Shown: positions 39,441-49,998, counted from the first letter of the stretch. The stretch: 64,000 nt of DNA from an uncultured Verrucomicrobiae bacterium (GCA_963801815.1 CAWDGJ010000002.1:64001-128000); one strand, 5' to 3'. The notes: generated from the letters alone by a model not told the origin. Translations and numbers: made by a program.

Positions 39441-40359
39441 CTAACTCGACCAGAATAGCCTTTTGCACGTGCAATCGATTCTCTGCCTGATCAAAAATCG
39501 TCTGAGCGTTGTTCTCAAAAGTCTTCTCATCGATTTCCTGGCCACGGTGCGCCGGTAGACAATGCATCACTAACGCGTCGGGCTTGGCCAGCTTGACCAC
39601 AGATTCGTTGATCCAGTACGGCCCGAGCTCTGCTTCGCGGCGCGCTTCCTCGGCTTCTTTGCCCATCGAAACCCAGATATCGGTGTAAAGAACATCTGCC
39701 CCCTTTGCCGCTTCCGGCACATTATCCGTGCAGGTCACGCGGCCGCCCGCGCGTTCGAGCACTTTTTTCTTCGGCAGATATTTTTTATGCGACGCGATCC
39801 GCAATTCAAAATCAAGTTTCCCCGCCGCGAATAACCAGGAGCGTGCGGTGTTTGAAACGCCGTCGCCGATGTAAGTGACCACTGTCTTCCCTGGCAAGCC
39901 GTAGCCTTGGGAAGGCTGGTCAATTTGCCCACGCTTTTCGATGATCGTGAAAATATCGCCAAGGATCTGGCACGGGTGCTCGTCATCGGTCAGTGCGTTA
40001 ATTGTAGGGACGCCCGAAAATTCCGCGAACTCCTCAATGTCGCTTTGCGCGTAAGTCCTAATGACAGCGCCGTGGATCATTCGCGCGAGCACGCGCGCAG
40101 TGTCCTTGATCAATTCGCCCCGGCCCAATTGTGCGTCGGCCGCGTTCAGATAAATCGTCTCGCCTCCGAGTTCCCGGATGCCAACCTCAAACGAAACGCG
40201 CGTCCGAGTTGACGGTTTGGAAAAAATTAGCGCCCAGGTTTGTCCAGCGAGCGGTTGGGCCGAAATTTTGCCGCGATTTGTTTTGAGCTCAGCCGTGCGT
40301 TGCAAAATCCGTCCGATTTCGTCCCGCGAAAGCTGCTCGATGCTAAGTAGATGTTTCAT
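39433..40359 (-). CDS. argF: Ornithine carbamoyltransferase
   Basis: KPSTRTRVSF, HPCQ, YTDIWVSMG, MHCLP, FDQAENR. Confidence 0.96.
   Translation of the reverse strand: MKHLLSIEQLSRDEIGRILQRTAELKTNRGKISAQPLAGQTWALIFSKPSTRTRVSFEVGIRELGGETIYLNAADAQLGRGELIKDTARVLARMIHGAVIRTYAQSDIEEFAEFSGVPTINALTDDEHPCQILGDIFTIIEKRGQIDQPSQGYGLPGKTVVTYIGDGVSNTARSWLFAAGKLDFELRIASHKKYLPKKKVLERAGGRVTCTDNVPEAAKGADVLYTDIWVSMGKEAEEARREAELGPYWINESVVKLAKPDALVMHCLPAHRGQEIDEKTFENNAQTIFDQAENRLHVQKAILVELAS
39890..39921 (-). repeat. REP-like element in frame within argF
   Basis: GACCAGCCTTCCCAAGGCTACGGCTTGCCAGG, encoding DQPSQGYGLPG; same family as the rfbD insert. Confidence 0.7.
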
Positions 40360-40373
40360 CCAAAAATCTTTCG

Positions 40374-40456
40374 GCCACGGATTAACACCGATGAAACACA
40401 GATGGCTGAATCCAAATTGCCTCTGCATCTGTGAAAATTCATGTTCATCTGTGGCT
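40374..40456. repeat. Inverted CAC(A/G/C)GAT periodic repeat between argD and argF
   Basis: gccacggattaa-caccgatgaaa-cacagat .. atctgtg-aaaattcatg-ttcatctgtggc. Confidence 0.75.
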
Positions 40457-41717
40457 AATTCTGTTTCGCAAGATCGGCAACCAAGCTCTCAATTATTCGC
40501 AATCCTTGTTCCGCTTCGTCGCGCGAAAGATTTAACGCTGGTAGTAATCGGGTAACCGACGTTCCGGCAGGTACGGTCAGCAAGTTACGTTTGTGCAACT
40601 CCTTCACGATGTCGACCGCTTTGAACTGCGGCTGAAACTCGATTCCGATCATAAACCCAAAACCGCGTGCGACATTAATCACGTTCGGAAATCGTTCCTG
40701 AAGTTTTTGCAGTCCGCGTAAAAGGAATTCGCCCGTCTTACGCGCGTTGACGGCCAGATTCTCCCGCTCGATGACGTCAAAAATCTTCAAGGCAACTGCG
40801 CAGGCCAGCGGCGTTCCACCAAACGTGCTCGCATGCGTTCCCGGACCGAGCGCGTTCGCGAATTTCTCGCGCACCCAAAACGCGCCCATCGGAAATCCAC
40901 CGCCCAACGACTTCGCCATTGAAATCCCGTCTGGCAGGAAATCGACATTGTTGTTCTCCAAAACCCGCTGCCAGCTTTGAAATGTTCCTGTGCGAAAATG
41001 ACCCGCCTGCACTTCGTCGAACAGCAATAGCAAATTGTGCTCGTCGCAAAGACGGCGCAGACCGATCAGATACTCCGGGTTCGCGATCGTGACTCCGCTC
41101 TCGCCTTGCACTGGTTCGACCAAAATTGCCGCAGTCGATTTCGTGATTGCTCTTCGCATTGGGTCGAGATCGTTGAACGGAACCTGACCAAATCCTTCGA
41201 CTTCGGGCGCGAACCCCTTCTTCACTTTTTCCTGCCCAGTCGCTGCGATTCCCGCCAGCGTCCGTCCATGAAACGAATCGATCGTCGTAATGATTTCGTA
41301 CCGGCCGGTGTCGTGTCCAAATTTTCGCGCCAGCTTGAACAGCCCTTCGTTGGCCTCGGCGCCACTATTGCAAAAGAAAACTCGCCCGGGCGCGATATGG
41401 TCGACAATCCGTTTGGCCAGCCGCCCCTGCGGCTCGGTATAATAGAGATTGGAGACGTGAATCAACTTCCGGGACTGCTCCGCCAGCACTTTCGTGATCT
41501 CCGGGTGAGCGTGGCCTAACGAGCAGACTGCGATCCCGCCGGCCAAATCGAGGTAACGCTTTCCGTCAACGTCCCAAACGTAGCTCCCGTCGCCGCGCTC
41601 CAGCACGAGATCGAACCGCGAGTAGGAAGGAATAACAAACTGGTCGAACAACTCGTGGATGCGTTTCGTTTCGTTCTGGACGATCGCGGAAGACGGCGTC
41701 GGAAGAACTTCTTTCAC
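40455..41717 (-). CDS. argD: Acetylornithine aminotransferase
   Basis: NSGAEANE, SFHGRT, EPVQGESG, FDEVQ, MAKSLGGG, TFGG. Confidence 0.95.
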   Translation of the reverse strand: MKEVLPTPSSAIVQNETKRIHELFDQFVIPSYSRFDLVLERGDGSYVWDVDGKRYLDLAGGIAVCSLGHAHPEITKVLAEQSRKLIHVSNLYYTEPQGRLAKRIVDHIAPGRVFFCNSGAEANEGLFKLARKFGHDTGRYEIITTIDSFHGRTLAGIAATGQEKVKKGFAPEVEGFGQVPFNDLDPMRRAITKSTAAILVEPVQGESGVTIANPEYLIGLRRLCDEHNLLLLFDEVQAGHFRTGTFQSWQRVLENNNVDFLPDGISMAKSLGGGFPMGAFWVREKFANALGPGTHASTFGGTPLACAVALKIFDVIERENLAVNARKTGEFLLRGLQKLQERFPNVINVARGFGFMIGIEFQPQFKAVDIVKELHKRNLLTVPAGTSVTRLLPALNLSRDEAEQGLRIIESLVADLAKQN

Positions 41718-42589
41718 AACACCACCTCGGTTCCAACGCCTGCGTCGGTGAAGATTTCGAGCAACACGGAATGCGGAATTCGGCCATCAACGAACTGCAC
41801 TTTTTCCACGCCGCTTTCGATCGCCGCCACTGCACTGTCGACTTTTGGAATCATCCCTTCGCCAATCACGCCTTTCTTTCGCCACTTGGGAACTTCATTC
41901 ACGGCCAAATGACTCAACAGACTCGAGCTTTTCTTTGGATTGCGAAGCAAACCGGGTACATCGCTCATAAAAACGAGACGGCGCGCTTTTAATGCGATCG
42001 CTGTCTTCGCCGCCGCAATGTCGGCATTGCAATTGTAAATTTTTCCGTCGTCACCTCGTGCCGTCGGACTAATGACAGGGGTAACGCTGCGCCGAATACA
42101 TTCGCGCAACGGTTCGATATTGACGTCGCAAACTTCCCCAACGAATCCAAGATCGACATCCGCGCCGGTTTCATCCCTGGTCGAGAATTTCCGGCACCGG
42201 AAAATATCCGGACCCGCGAAACCTCGCGCCTTGCCGCCGAAATCTTCGATCGACTTCACGATTTCCGGATTGATCTCGCGCGATAACACCCGGTCGACAA
42301 TCTCGGCGCCCTCCGCGCTGGTCACGCGATAACCGCGCACAAACTCGGACTTGAGCTTCGCTTTCTCGAGCGCGCGCGTGATGGCCTTCCCGCCGCCGTG
42401 GACAACGACCGGATTAATCCCCACGGCTTCAAGAAAAACGATGTCCCGCGCGACTCGATGTCGCTCTTCAGGATCGGGCGAATCCATGAAGCTGCCGCCA
42501 TATTTCACGACGAAGATCTGGCTGCGGAACCTTTGAATGTAGGGCAGCGCTTCGAGCAGCGTCGCCGCTTTCGAAATAAACCTTTTCAT
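41714..42589 (-). CDS. argB: Acetylglutamate kinase
   Basis: EALPYI, VKYGG, VHGGG, NCNAD, GMIPK, LLEIFT. Confidence 0.96.
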   Translation of the reverse strand: MKRFISKAATLLEALPYIQRFRSQIFVVKYGGSFMDSPDPEERHRVARDIVFLEAVGINPVVVHGGGKAITRALEKAKLKSEFVRGYRVTSAEGAEIVDRVLSREINPEIVKSIEDFGGKARGFAGPDIFRCRKFSTRDETGADVDLGFVGEVCDVNIEPLRECIRRSVTPVISPTARGDDGKIYNCNADIAAAKTAIALKARRLVFMSDVPGLLRNPKKSSSLLSHLAVNEVPKWRKKGVIGEGMIPKVDSAVAAIESGVEKVQFVDGRIPHSVLLEIFTDAGVGTEVVL

Positions 42590-43922
42590 CAACCACCGAG
42601 CGTCGTTGGATCGGTCACGTCGCCTTTGTTGAACGCAACGTAATCTTCAGTCAGATCGGCGGCGTAAAGCATGAACTCGCCGCGACCACCGTGAAGATCG
42701 ACATGCAGATCGAACTCCGGTTCTGAGGTAATCCTGGCCAATTTTTTCAAGGCGACATTTGTCGGACGCCCGTGCCGAAATGCAAAAAGAATTTTGCGAC
42801 CATCTGTCGGAGCATAACCGACATCAACGAGTGCTTCGTCGAATTTTGCTTTCGAGTAGCCAAGCGCGCACAAAATTCGGCCCCAGTTCGGGTCGCCACC
42901 GCACCAGCTCGCCCGAACAAGCGAGCTATTTGCAATCACCCGCGCCGCGATCTCCGCTTCGCGATCGTTTCGCGCACCCCGAACGTGCAATGCAACCACC
43001 CGCGACGTCCCCTCGCCATCACGCACAATCATTTTCGCCAGTTCAAGACAAACAAAATTCAGTGCGTTTTGGAAAATTCGACATTGTTTACGGATTTCGA
43101 GTTTCGAGTTTCGGATTTCCAGCGAGTCCGTTTGCCAGCGCGATGACCTGAATCGTTCGTGCTCATGTCGCCGTCGACGGTGATTCGGTTAAAACTTTGT
43201 CCGACGGCAATTTTCAACGCGCGTTTGAGCGCGGCCGATCCAATCGCCGCATCGGTGGTGATGAAAGCGAGCATCGTCGCCATCCCGGGCTGAATCATGC
43301 CTGCACCTTTGCAGATCCCGCCGATCCGAACGGCCGATGTTCCGATTTTGATTTCGACTGCGATCTCCTTGCGGCAAGTGTCGGTGGTCATAATTGCCTC
43401 TGCCACCTCTCGCGCCTTCGACGTTGACCTTTCCCCGAGCGGTCCGCACACACGGATTCCGCGTTCGACATTCCTCATCGGCATTGGCACGCCGATTCGT
43501 CCGGTGGAGCAGACAAGGACGTCTTCTGCTCTTATCCCTGGCACAGGCAAACTTGACGGCTTTAAGCCGTCAAGTTTTTCCAACACAGATGCGGTCATCC
43601 GCGCCATGGCTTCAGCATCGCGCATTCCCTGTATGCCGGTCGCCGCGTTCGCGTTGCCGGAATTCACAACGATTGCGCGCGCAAGTTTTCCTGCCGAACG
43701 CTGGCGACTGACTTTCACCGGCGCGGCGCAAACTTGATTGGTGGTAAACATCCCCGCGACTGCCGCCGGAACATCTGACACAATCAACGCGAGATCGTTT
43801 TTGCGACCTTTCTCCGAGCCTTTGCCGGTGCCGAGTTTCTTGATGTCGCAAAAGACGGCGGCGCATTTGAAACCGAGCGGCGCGCAAATCGAGCCGGGAA
43901 TTTTCTTTAATCTGGGTTTCAT
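42589..43922 (-). CDS. argJ: Bifunctional ornithine acetyltransferase/N-acetylglutamate synthase (two apparent +1 indels, about 43148 and 43090)
   Basis: NSGNANA, STGRIG, KGAGMIQPGMATML, DGDMSTND; after correcting the indels, VIALANG..LAKMIVRDGEG and GDPNWGR. Confidence 0.93.
43083..43120 (-). repeat. GAAATCC/GAAACTC heptamer array inside argJ
   Basis: GGAAATCCGAAACTCGAAACTCGAAATCCG(T)AAACAAT, matching the intergenic element at 53825-53860. Confidence 0.75.
43545..43577 (-). repeat. 33-bp palindromic element in frame within argJ
   Basis: AAACTTGACGGCTT-A-AAGCCGTCAAGTTT-GCCT, identical to 58044-58076. Confidence 0.92.
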
Positions 43923-43926
43923 GGTC

Positions 43927-44040
43927 GGGGAGCACACTCGCCTCGGGTGTCGGTGATCGCGCCCTCGCGGTCGCGACCTTTTCCCCACATCAATTTCGGC
44001 GAGGCGCCGAAATTAACACGCGATGGCGCGTGTGCTCCCC
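43927..44040. repeat. Multi-hairpin MITE/REPIN-like element with 11-bp terminal inverted repeats
   Basis: GGGGAGCACAC .. GTGTGCTCCCC enclosing four internal hairpins, e.g. AATTTCGGCG-AGG-CGCCGAAATT. Confidence 0.85.
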
Positions 44041-44052
44041 AGATTACCGCAC

Positions 44053-45097
44053 TCACAATAAGCCCGTTTGTTCGGGCAGACCGAGCATGAGATTCATACA
44101 TTGAACCGCCTGACCGCTCGCGCCTTTAACGATGTTGTCGATCGCGCTCATCAGCACGAGACGATTGGTGCGCTTGTCGATCTTCCAGGCGATGTCGATG
44201 AAGTTTGTGCCGACGACATGCTTCGTGTCAGGCAAACGCGTTTCGTCGAGCAGGCGCACGAATGGTTCCTCGCCGTAGGCGCCACTAAAAATGATCGCTG
44301 GATCAATGTTCACGACGTTGCTTGCGATGTTGGCATAAATCGTCGTGACGATCCCGCGATTCACGGGCACCAGGTGCGGAGTAAATTGAATGACCATTTG
44401 TTCTCCCGCCAGAATCGACAATTCCTGCTCGATCTCCGAAAGATGGCGATGTTTCGGAACGCCGTAGGGCCGCACGCTTTCGTTGCATTCCACGAATAGA
44501 TAATCCGCCTCAACTTTGCGACCGGCGCCAGTCACCCCGCTCATACTCGCGACCAGGATTGTTTGTCGATCGATCGCTTTCCGGCGAATCAACGGCCGAA
44601 GGGGAATGAGAATGCTCGTTGGATAACAACCAGGACACGCTACCAGCTGCGCGTCTCGAATCTGGTCGCGATAAATTTCCGGCAACCCGTAAACTGATTG
44701 GCCTAACAAGTCTGGCGCGAGATGATCGTGTCCGTAGAATTCGCGGTAAACGTTGGCGTCCTTGATTCGAAAATCCGCGCTGAGATCGAGCACGCGCGCG
44801 CCTGCCGACAACAGTGGCTTCGCAAATTCCGCGGCAAGTCCATGCGGCAGCGCGAGGAAAACAATTTTGGCGACGCTCGCAAGTGTACTCTGCGTCCGCG
44901 CTGCAAAACTTCAGCGCGGTCGCTTTTTTATCGTGAGCGAAACGCGGAAAAACTTCGGCCAGTGATTTGCCCGCCAGCTGCCGCGAAGTGGCCGCGACTA
45001 GATCGACGCCAGGATGCGCCAGCAAAAGACGGACAAGCTCTTCGCCGGTATAACCGGAAGCACCAACCACCGCGACTTTTGTCTTTATCGTTGCCAC
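44053..45097 (-). CDS. argC: N-acetyl-gamma-glutamyl-phosphate reductase (apparent frameshifts at about 44885-44900)
   Basis: [51 protein letters not shown]. Confidence 0.93.
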
Positions 45098-45194
45098 AAC
45101 GCGCAATGCGTATTCCGTCTCGCGCCGATTGCAACGAAAAGCTGTGCCAAACTCAACGTTGCGCTTCGCACAATAGAGCGACTAAAGTCCTGGC

Positions 45195-46214
45195 ATGGAG
45201 TCTCCTTTTGTTGTGATCGGCTTTGTAATCGCGGCCATCTTTGTTTTCGTTTTCGCAATCATCCTTTTCAATTTTTTCGGAATCTGGCTGCGCGCGCGCA
45301 TCGCTAACGCACCGGTTGCCATGGGAAAAATGATCGGGATGCGCCTGCGGCGCGTGCCGGTCGGATTGATTGTGGATAATCGAATCACCGCGGTGAAAGC
45401 GGGCATCGAAGTTGCAAGCGATCCGTTGGAAGCGCATTACCTCGCCGGCGGCGACGTTACTCAGGTGATTCTCGCACTAATCGCCGCCGACAAAGCCGGC
45501 ATCTCACTCGATTTCAATCGCGCCTGCGCGATCGATTTGGCGACCAAGGGAACCGGAAAGACCGTGCTCGAGGCCGTGCGTACAAGCATCAATCCGAAAG
45601 TGATCGACGTGCCCAATCCGTCGATGGGCCGGACGACCATCGACGGCGTGGCCAAGGACGGGATCGGCGCGAAAGTGAAAGCACGCGTCACGGTGCGCTC
45701 GCATCTGGATCGATTCGTCGGCGGCGCGACCGAGGAGACAATTATCGCGCGCGTCGGCGAAGGTATTGTCAGCGCGATCGGTTCGGCCGATTCCTACAAG
45801 GACGTGCTGGAAAATCCCGACCGCATTTCCAAGGCGGTGCTGGCGAAGGGACTCGATAGCAACACCGCGTTCGAAATTCTTTCGATCGACATCGCCGATG
45901 TCGATGTGGGCGACAATATCGGTGCGAAATTGCAAAGCGAACAAGCGGATGCCGACAAGCGTATTGCCCAGGCGAAAGCGGAGGTGCGCCGCGCCGCTGC
46001 GGTGGCGGTGGAGCAGGAAATGAAAGCCAAGACGCAGGAGATGCGCGCGAAAGTTGTGGAAGCAGAAGCCCAGGTGCCATTGGCAATGGCGGAAGCGTTC
46101 CGCGCGGGCCACCTCGGCATCATGGATTATTACCGGATGAAAAACGTGCAGGCCGACACGTCGATGCGTGAGTCGATCGCCGGCTCGGACAAACCGCGCA
46201 CCGAAGCAAGCTAG
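45195..46214 (+). CDS. floA: Flotillin-like protein FloA (YqfA)
   Basis: [55 protein letters not shown]. Confidence 0.92.
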   Translation: MESPFVVIGFVIAAIFVFVFAIILFNFFGIWLRARIANAPVAMGKMIGMRLRRVPVGLIVDNRITAVKAGIEVASDPLEAHYLAGGDVTQVILALIAADKAGISLDFNRACAIDLATKGTGKTVLEAVRTSINPKVIDVPNPSMGRTTIDGVAKDGIGAKVKARVTVRSHLDRFVGGATEETIIARVGEGIVSAIGSADSYKDVLENPDRISKAVLAKGLDSNTAFEILSIDIADVDVGDNIGAKLQSEQADADKRIAQAKAEVRRAAAVAVEQEMKAKTQEMRAKVVEAEAQVPLAMAEAFRAGHLGIMDYYRMKNVQADTSMRESIAGSDKPRTEAS

Positions 46215-46249
46215 AAAATTTGCGAAGTAGAAATTAGAAAGTAAAGAAG

Positions 46250-46921
46250 GTGTTCGCCGCCGCCCATCTCGACAATTTTCTTTTCCTGCTGTTTATCGCG
46301 GTCGCGATTTTCTTTCAGCTGCTGACACGGGCGGCCAAAACCGGCAGACGAACTCGGAGAGATGTACCGCGGGCGCGGGAAGGATCAGCCTCCTCGCCGC
46401 AAACTCCGCGACCGACAACGGCTGAAACAGAACAGACCGACGAAGATCGTATTCGAAAGTTTTTGGAAGCGCTTGGTCAGCCGACAACATCAAAACCGCC
46501 GCCGCCGGTTGTCCCGCGACCAACTTATCAGCGGCCGGTAGTATTGCCGCGCGTCCCGTCGCCGATGAAGTCGCCGCTGCCGCCATTAAAGGCACGTCCA
46601 CCGGAGCTGCCGCCCGAAGTACGAGTTCCGAGTCAACCGGCGCCGGCGCAGCAGCGAAAAGTCTTCCCGCCAACCAGCGAGGTCCCAACATTTGAAGTTC
46701 AAGAAGGGTCGCCGCCGCCACTCATGCCGATCAGCGAATCTGAAGGGACGGCAGCGTTTCAACCGGTGACCCCAGCCCCCATTTCCAAACGGACCGAACC
46801 GAAAATCGATCTCAGCTCGATGCTAAAATCGCCATCTGGTTTGCGGGATGCGATCATCTTGCGGGAAGTCTTTGGGCCGCCGCGCAGCATGCAGCCGCTG
46901 GATCTCGTCGGAAACGTTTGA
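46250..46921 (+). CDS. Proline-rich membrane-anchored hypothetical protein
   Basis: N-terminal TM, low-complexity Pro-rich middle, C-terminal LRDAIILREVFGPPRS. Confidence 0.7.
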   Translation: MFAAAHLDNFLFLLFIAVAIFFQLLTRAAKTGRRTRRDVPRAREGSASSPQTPRPTTAETEQTDEDRIRKFLEALGQPTTSKPPPPVVPRPTYQRPVVLPRVPSPMKSPLPPLKARPPELPPEVRVPSQPAPAQQRKVFPPTSEVPTFEVQEGSPPPLMPISESEGTAAFQPVTPAPISKRTEPKIDLSSMLKSPSGLRDAIILREVFGPPRSMQPLDLVGNV

Positions 46922-46959
46922 GCTTCGGCCCGAAACTCGTATTCTCGGTTTCCCGACAC

Positions 46960-47042
46960 GCCGGCGTGGCGGAATGGCAGACGCGCTGGACTCAAAATCC
47001 AGTACTGGCAACAGTGTGTGGGTTCAAGTCCCTCCGCCGGCA
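46960..47042 (+). tRNA. tRNA-Leu (CAA), CCA not encoded
   Basis: GCCGGCG acceptor stem, CTGGA-CTCAAAA-TCCAG anticodon arm, long variable arm, GGTTCAAGTCC. Confidence 0.97.
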
Positions 47043-47101
47043 GATCTTCCACCTGTTGGATCGTATTTTACAATTGCCGCTCGCGGTCCTATTTTCCAGG
47101 C

Positions 47102-47632
47102 ATGAAAACGCTAATCCGTGTTTTGGCAGTTGTTTCGATTTCTGGGCTGCTGTCAGTGTCGGCGCGGGCTGACGCCGTCGCCACTTTGAGCGGCGTTGTT
47201 AGAGACGCCAAAGGGGCACCGCTTCGTGGCGCGGAAATTCGTATCGTCGGAAGTGACGCCAGCAAAGTCGGCAGAATCCACACCAATGCCGCGGGCCGCT
47301 ACAATTACGCCGGGCTGGAGACCGGCACCTACAGCGTGACGCTGATTGTCGACGGAGTTACCAAGGCGTCGATCAACAATGTGAGCACAAAGTCGGGTGA
47401 AGTGCAGACGCTGAACTTCGACCTTCAAGGCAACGCGACGGCGAGACCGTTCGCTAAAGGCAAACATTACGTATGGGTCCCGCTGCAGACCGGCAGTCAT
47501 CTCGGCACGTGGGCCGAAGTCGAGAATGACGGCCAAACGATGCCGTCGGGGATGTTGGAGCGCGTGAACAATCAAGGCAATGCGTTTATCCGGAAAATTG
47601 AGAGCACCGGAAATGGAGTGATTGGGCACTAA
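47102..47632 (+). CDS. Secreted carboxypeptidase-regulatory-like (Ig-fold) domain protein
   Basis: Signal peptide; LSGVVRDAKGAPLRGAEI, TNAAGRY, GTYSVT. Confidence 0.8.
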   Translation: MKTLIRVLAVVSISGLLSVSARADAVATLSGVVRDAKGAPLRGAEIRIVGSDASKVGRIHTNAAGRYNYAGLETGTYSVTLIVDGVTKASINNVSTKSGEVQTLNFDLQGNATARPFAKGKHYVWVPLQTGSHLGTWAEVENDGQTMPSGMLERVNNQGNAFIRKIESTGNGVIGH

Positions 47633-47721
47633 GACGTCGCCAGAATTTTTCCAGAAATTGTCCGGTAACGTCCGGTACCTACTTGTGCGGACGGATCACT
47701 TACGCTATTCTTTCAAACTCT

Positions 47722-48277
47722 ATGACTATCAAATCGCTCCACCTCTGTTTTGTCACTCTGCTTGTTTCTGCCGTGGCGACATGGGCTTCTGACCCTGTTG
47801 GTCCGGCTAGAATTCAAGGCATCGTCACGGATTCCAAGCGCCAAACCGGTCGCGGGCGCTGAAGTGCATATCAAAGCGAAGGACGGCAGCGGCCTTCAAA
47901 AGATTGTCCTAACCGATTCGGATGGCCATTACGGCGTGAGCAAGCTGCCGGTCACGGATTATGAAGTCGTTCTTTTTGTGAATCGCCAGATCAAAGCCTC
48001 GATCAACAACACCAAGGTATCTGCAGCTAAACCAACTCAATTGGACTTCAAGTTGACCGGCAGAATCGCGGCTAATACGCCGCAAAAGAAACATACCCAC
48101 ATGGTTTACGTCCCGGCAGAAACGGGCAGCAATTTGAATGGCCACTGGGTTGAAGTGGACGACACTACCGGCAGTAGCGCGGCTGCGACCGCTGGAAATA
48201 ACCTTGATCACGCCAGCGGTGCAGCGCTTCGGCAGATGACCGGTTCGCAGGGGGGAGTCGGCAACGGCGGACACTAA
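47722..48277 (+). CDS. Paralogous secreted carboxypeptidase-regulatory-like protein (apparent frameshift at about 47835)
   Basis: MTIKSL..IQGIVTDS joins KPVAGAEV..TDSDGHY..KASINN in another frame. Confidence 0.72.
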
Positions 48278-48296
48278 TTCTAGCATTAATAACTTT

Positions 48297-48330
48297 AAAA
48301 CGCGCGGCGGAAACGCCGCGCGTTTTTTTT
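48297..48330. terminator. Bidirectional intrinsic terminator
   Basis: AAAA-CGCGCGGCG-GAAA-CGCCGCGCG-TTTTTTTT between convergent genes. Confidence 0.9.
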
Positions 48331-48386
48331 GCCTTCACAAGGCACGACACCATTCGTTAGGCGAACCTAAGGCGTTACGCTCTGTT

Positions 48387-49853
48387 TTAAGATGTGATGT
48401 AGCCCTCTTCGCCGTGCTCGTTGATGTCGAGCCCTTGTCGCTCAATCTCCGCGGCGATTCGCAATCCGAGCACCGTTTTAACAATAAGGCCGATGATCGA
48501 ACTCGCCACGACTGCGAGAAAAATTGTGATTGCGATCGCTTTGAGTTGCTCGAGCCAGAGTGCGTGGCTGAGAATTCCGGCCAGGCCATTTTGCGTTGCG
48601 GCCGGCCCGCTCAAGTTTCCATTCACCGTCGCAGTAGCGAGAACTCCCGTTAGAAAAGCGCCCAGCGTGCCGCCGACGGCGTGCACGCCAAAGGTGTCGA
48701 GCGCGTCGTCGTAGTGAAACCACGATTTCAACTTCGTGCAGGCAAAGAACGGCACGATGCCCGCGGCGACGCCGATAATGCACCGCGCCGGTCGGCATCG
48801 ACAAAACCGCACGCCGGCGTGATCACGACCAGTCCGGCGACCGCGCCGGAACAGAATCCGAGCACGCTCGGCTTGCCGCGCAGACACATACTCGAGCATC
48901 GCCCAGGTGAACGACGCGACCGCGGTCGCGAGCGTCGTGGTCGTGAAGGCGTTGGCCGCGATGCCATCCGCGGCGACCGCGCTGCCGGCATTGAATCCGT
49001 ACCAGCCGACCCACAGCATCCCGGTGCCGACCATGCAAAGCACCATGCTGTGCGGCGCCATGATTTCTTTCCGAAAGCCGAGCCGCTGGCCGAGCAACAC
49101 GCACAGCACCAGCGCCGACCAGCCGGACGACATGTGGACGACGGTGCCGCCGGCGAAATCGATGGCCTTGATTGTCGCGCTCAGGGTTCCACACGCCGTT
49201 CATCAAGCCGTCGATGCCCCAGACCATGTGCGCGAGCGGGAAGTAGACGACGAACATCCAGATCGCGACGAACACGAGGACCGCCGCGAACTTCATTCGC
49301 TCGGCGATCGCGCCGATGATCAGCGCCGGCGTGATGATCGCGAACATCAGCTGGTACATCGCGAAGACGTTCTGCGAGACCCAGTAGGAGTAGTCGCCGT
49401 TCGGCTGGGCATCGACTCCGCGAAGAAACGCGAACTTGCAATCCGCCGATGAATGGCGAGCCGCGCGCGAACACGAGCAGTAGCCGACCGCCCACCAGAG
49501 AATCGTGACCAGCCCGGCAATGCCGAGACATTGCGCCAGGACCGACAGCACGTTCTTTCGCCGCACCAGGCCGCCGTAGAACAGCGCCAGCCCGGGCAGC
49601 GTCATGAACAGCACCAGCGCCGACGCGGTCATCATCCAGGCGTTGTGGCCGGGACCGGGGCCGGAAATGTTCGAGCTGCTCTTCGCATTCGCCGCGTCCG
49701 AGCCGCGCGCGGCGTTGTTCACGTACGCTTCCAGATCGGCGACGCGTTGTTCGAGCGAGGGCGATGACGCCGGAGCGGCGGAAGGTAGTTGCGCATGTTA
49801 CGCACGGCGCGCGCGAATACAAGCGCACCGAAAATAAAAACGCGAATGATCAT
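48387..49853 (-). CDS. amtB: Ammonium transporter (several apparent frameshifts)
   Basis: FMTLPGLALFYGG, YQLMFAIITPA, AHMVWG, LWVGWYGFNAGS, DDALDTFGVH, GLDINEHGE, across frames. Confidence 0.93.
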
Positions 49854-49907
49854 GTCGATCTTGACGGCCAGCGTAAATAGAGCCGCTGCGCTCGAAGATC
49901 GACAAGG

Positions 49908-49960
49908 AAAACTCCGCCGAGCGTTCTGGCGGAAAACCGGGCTAAGGCGCTCGGCGGAGT
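49908..49960 (-). terminator. Probable terminator after the PDZ gene
   Basis: 13-bp stem ACTCCGCCGAGCG/CGCTCGGCGGAGT with a 24-nt loop, followed by a short T-run on the minus strand. Confidence 0.6.
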
Positions 49961-49998
49961 CTCTCTGCCTCAAACACTAAATCTTGACGAACGTGTAA

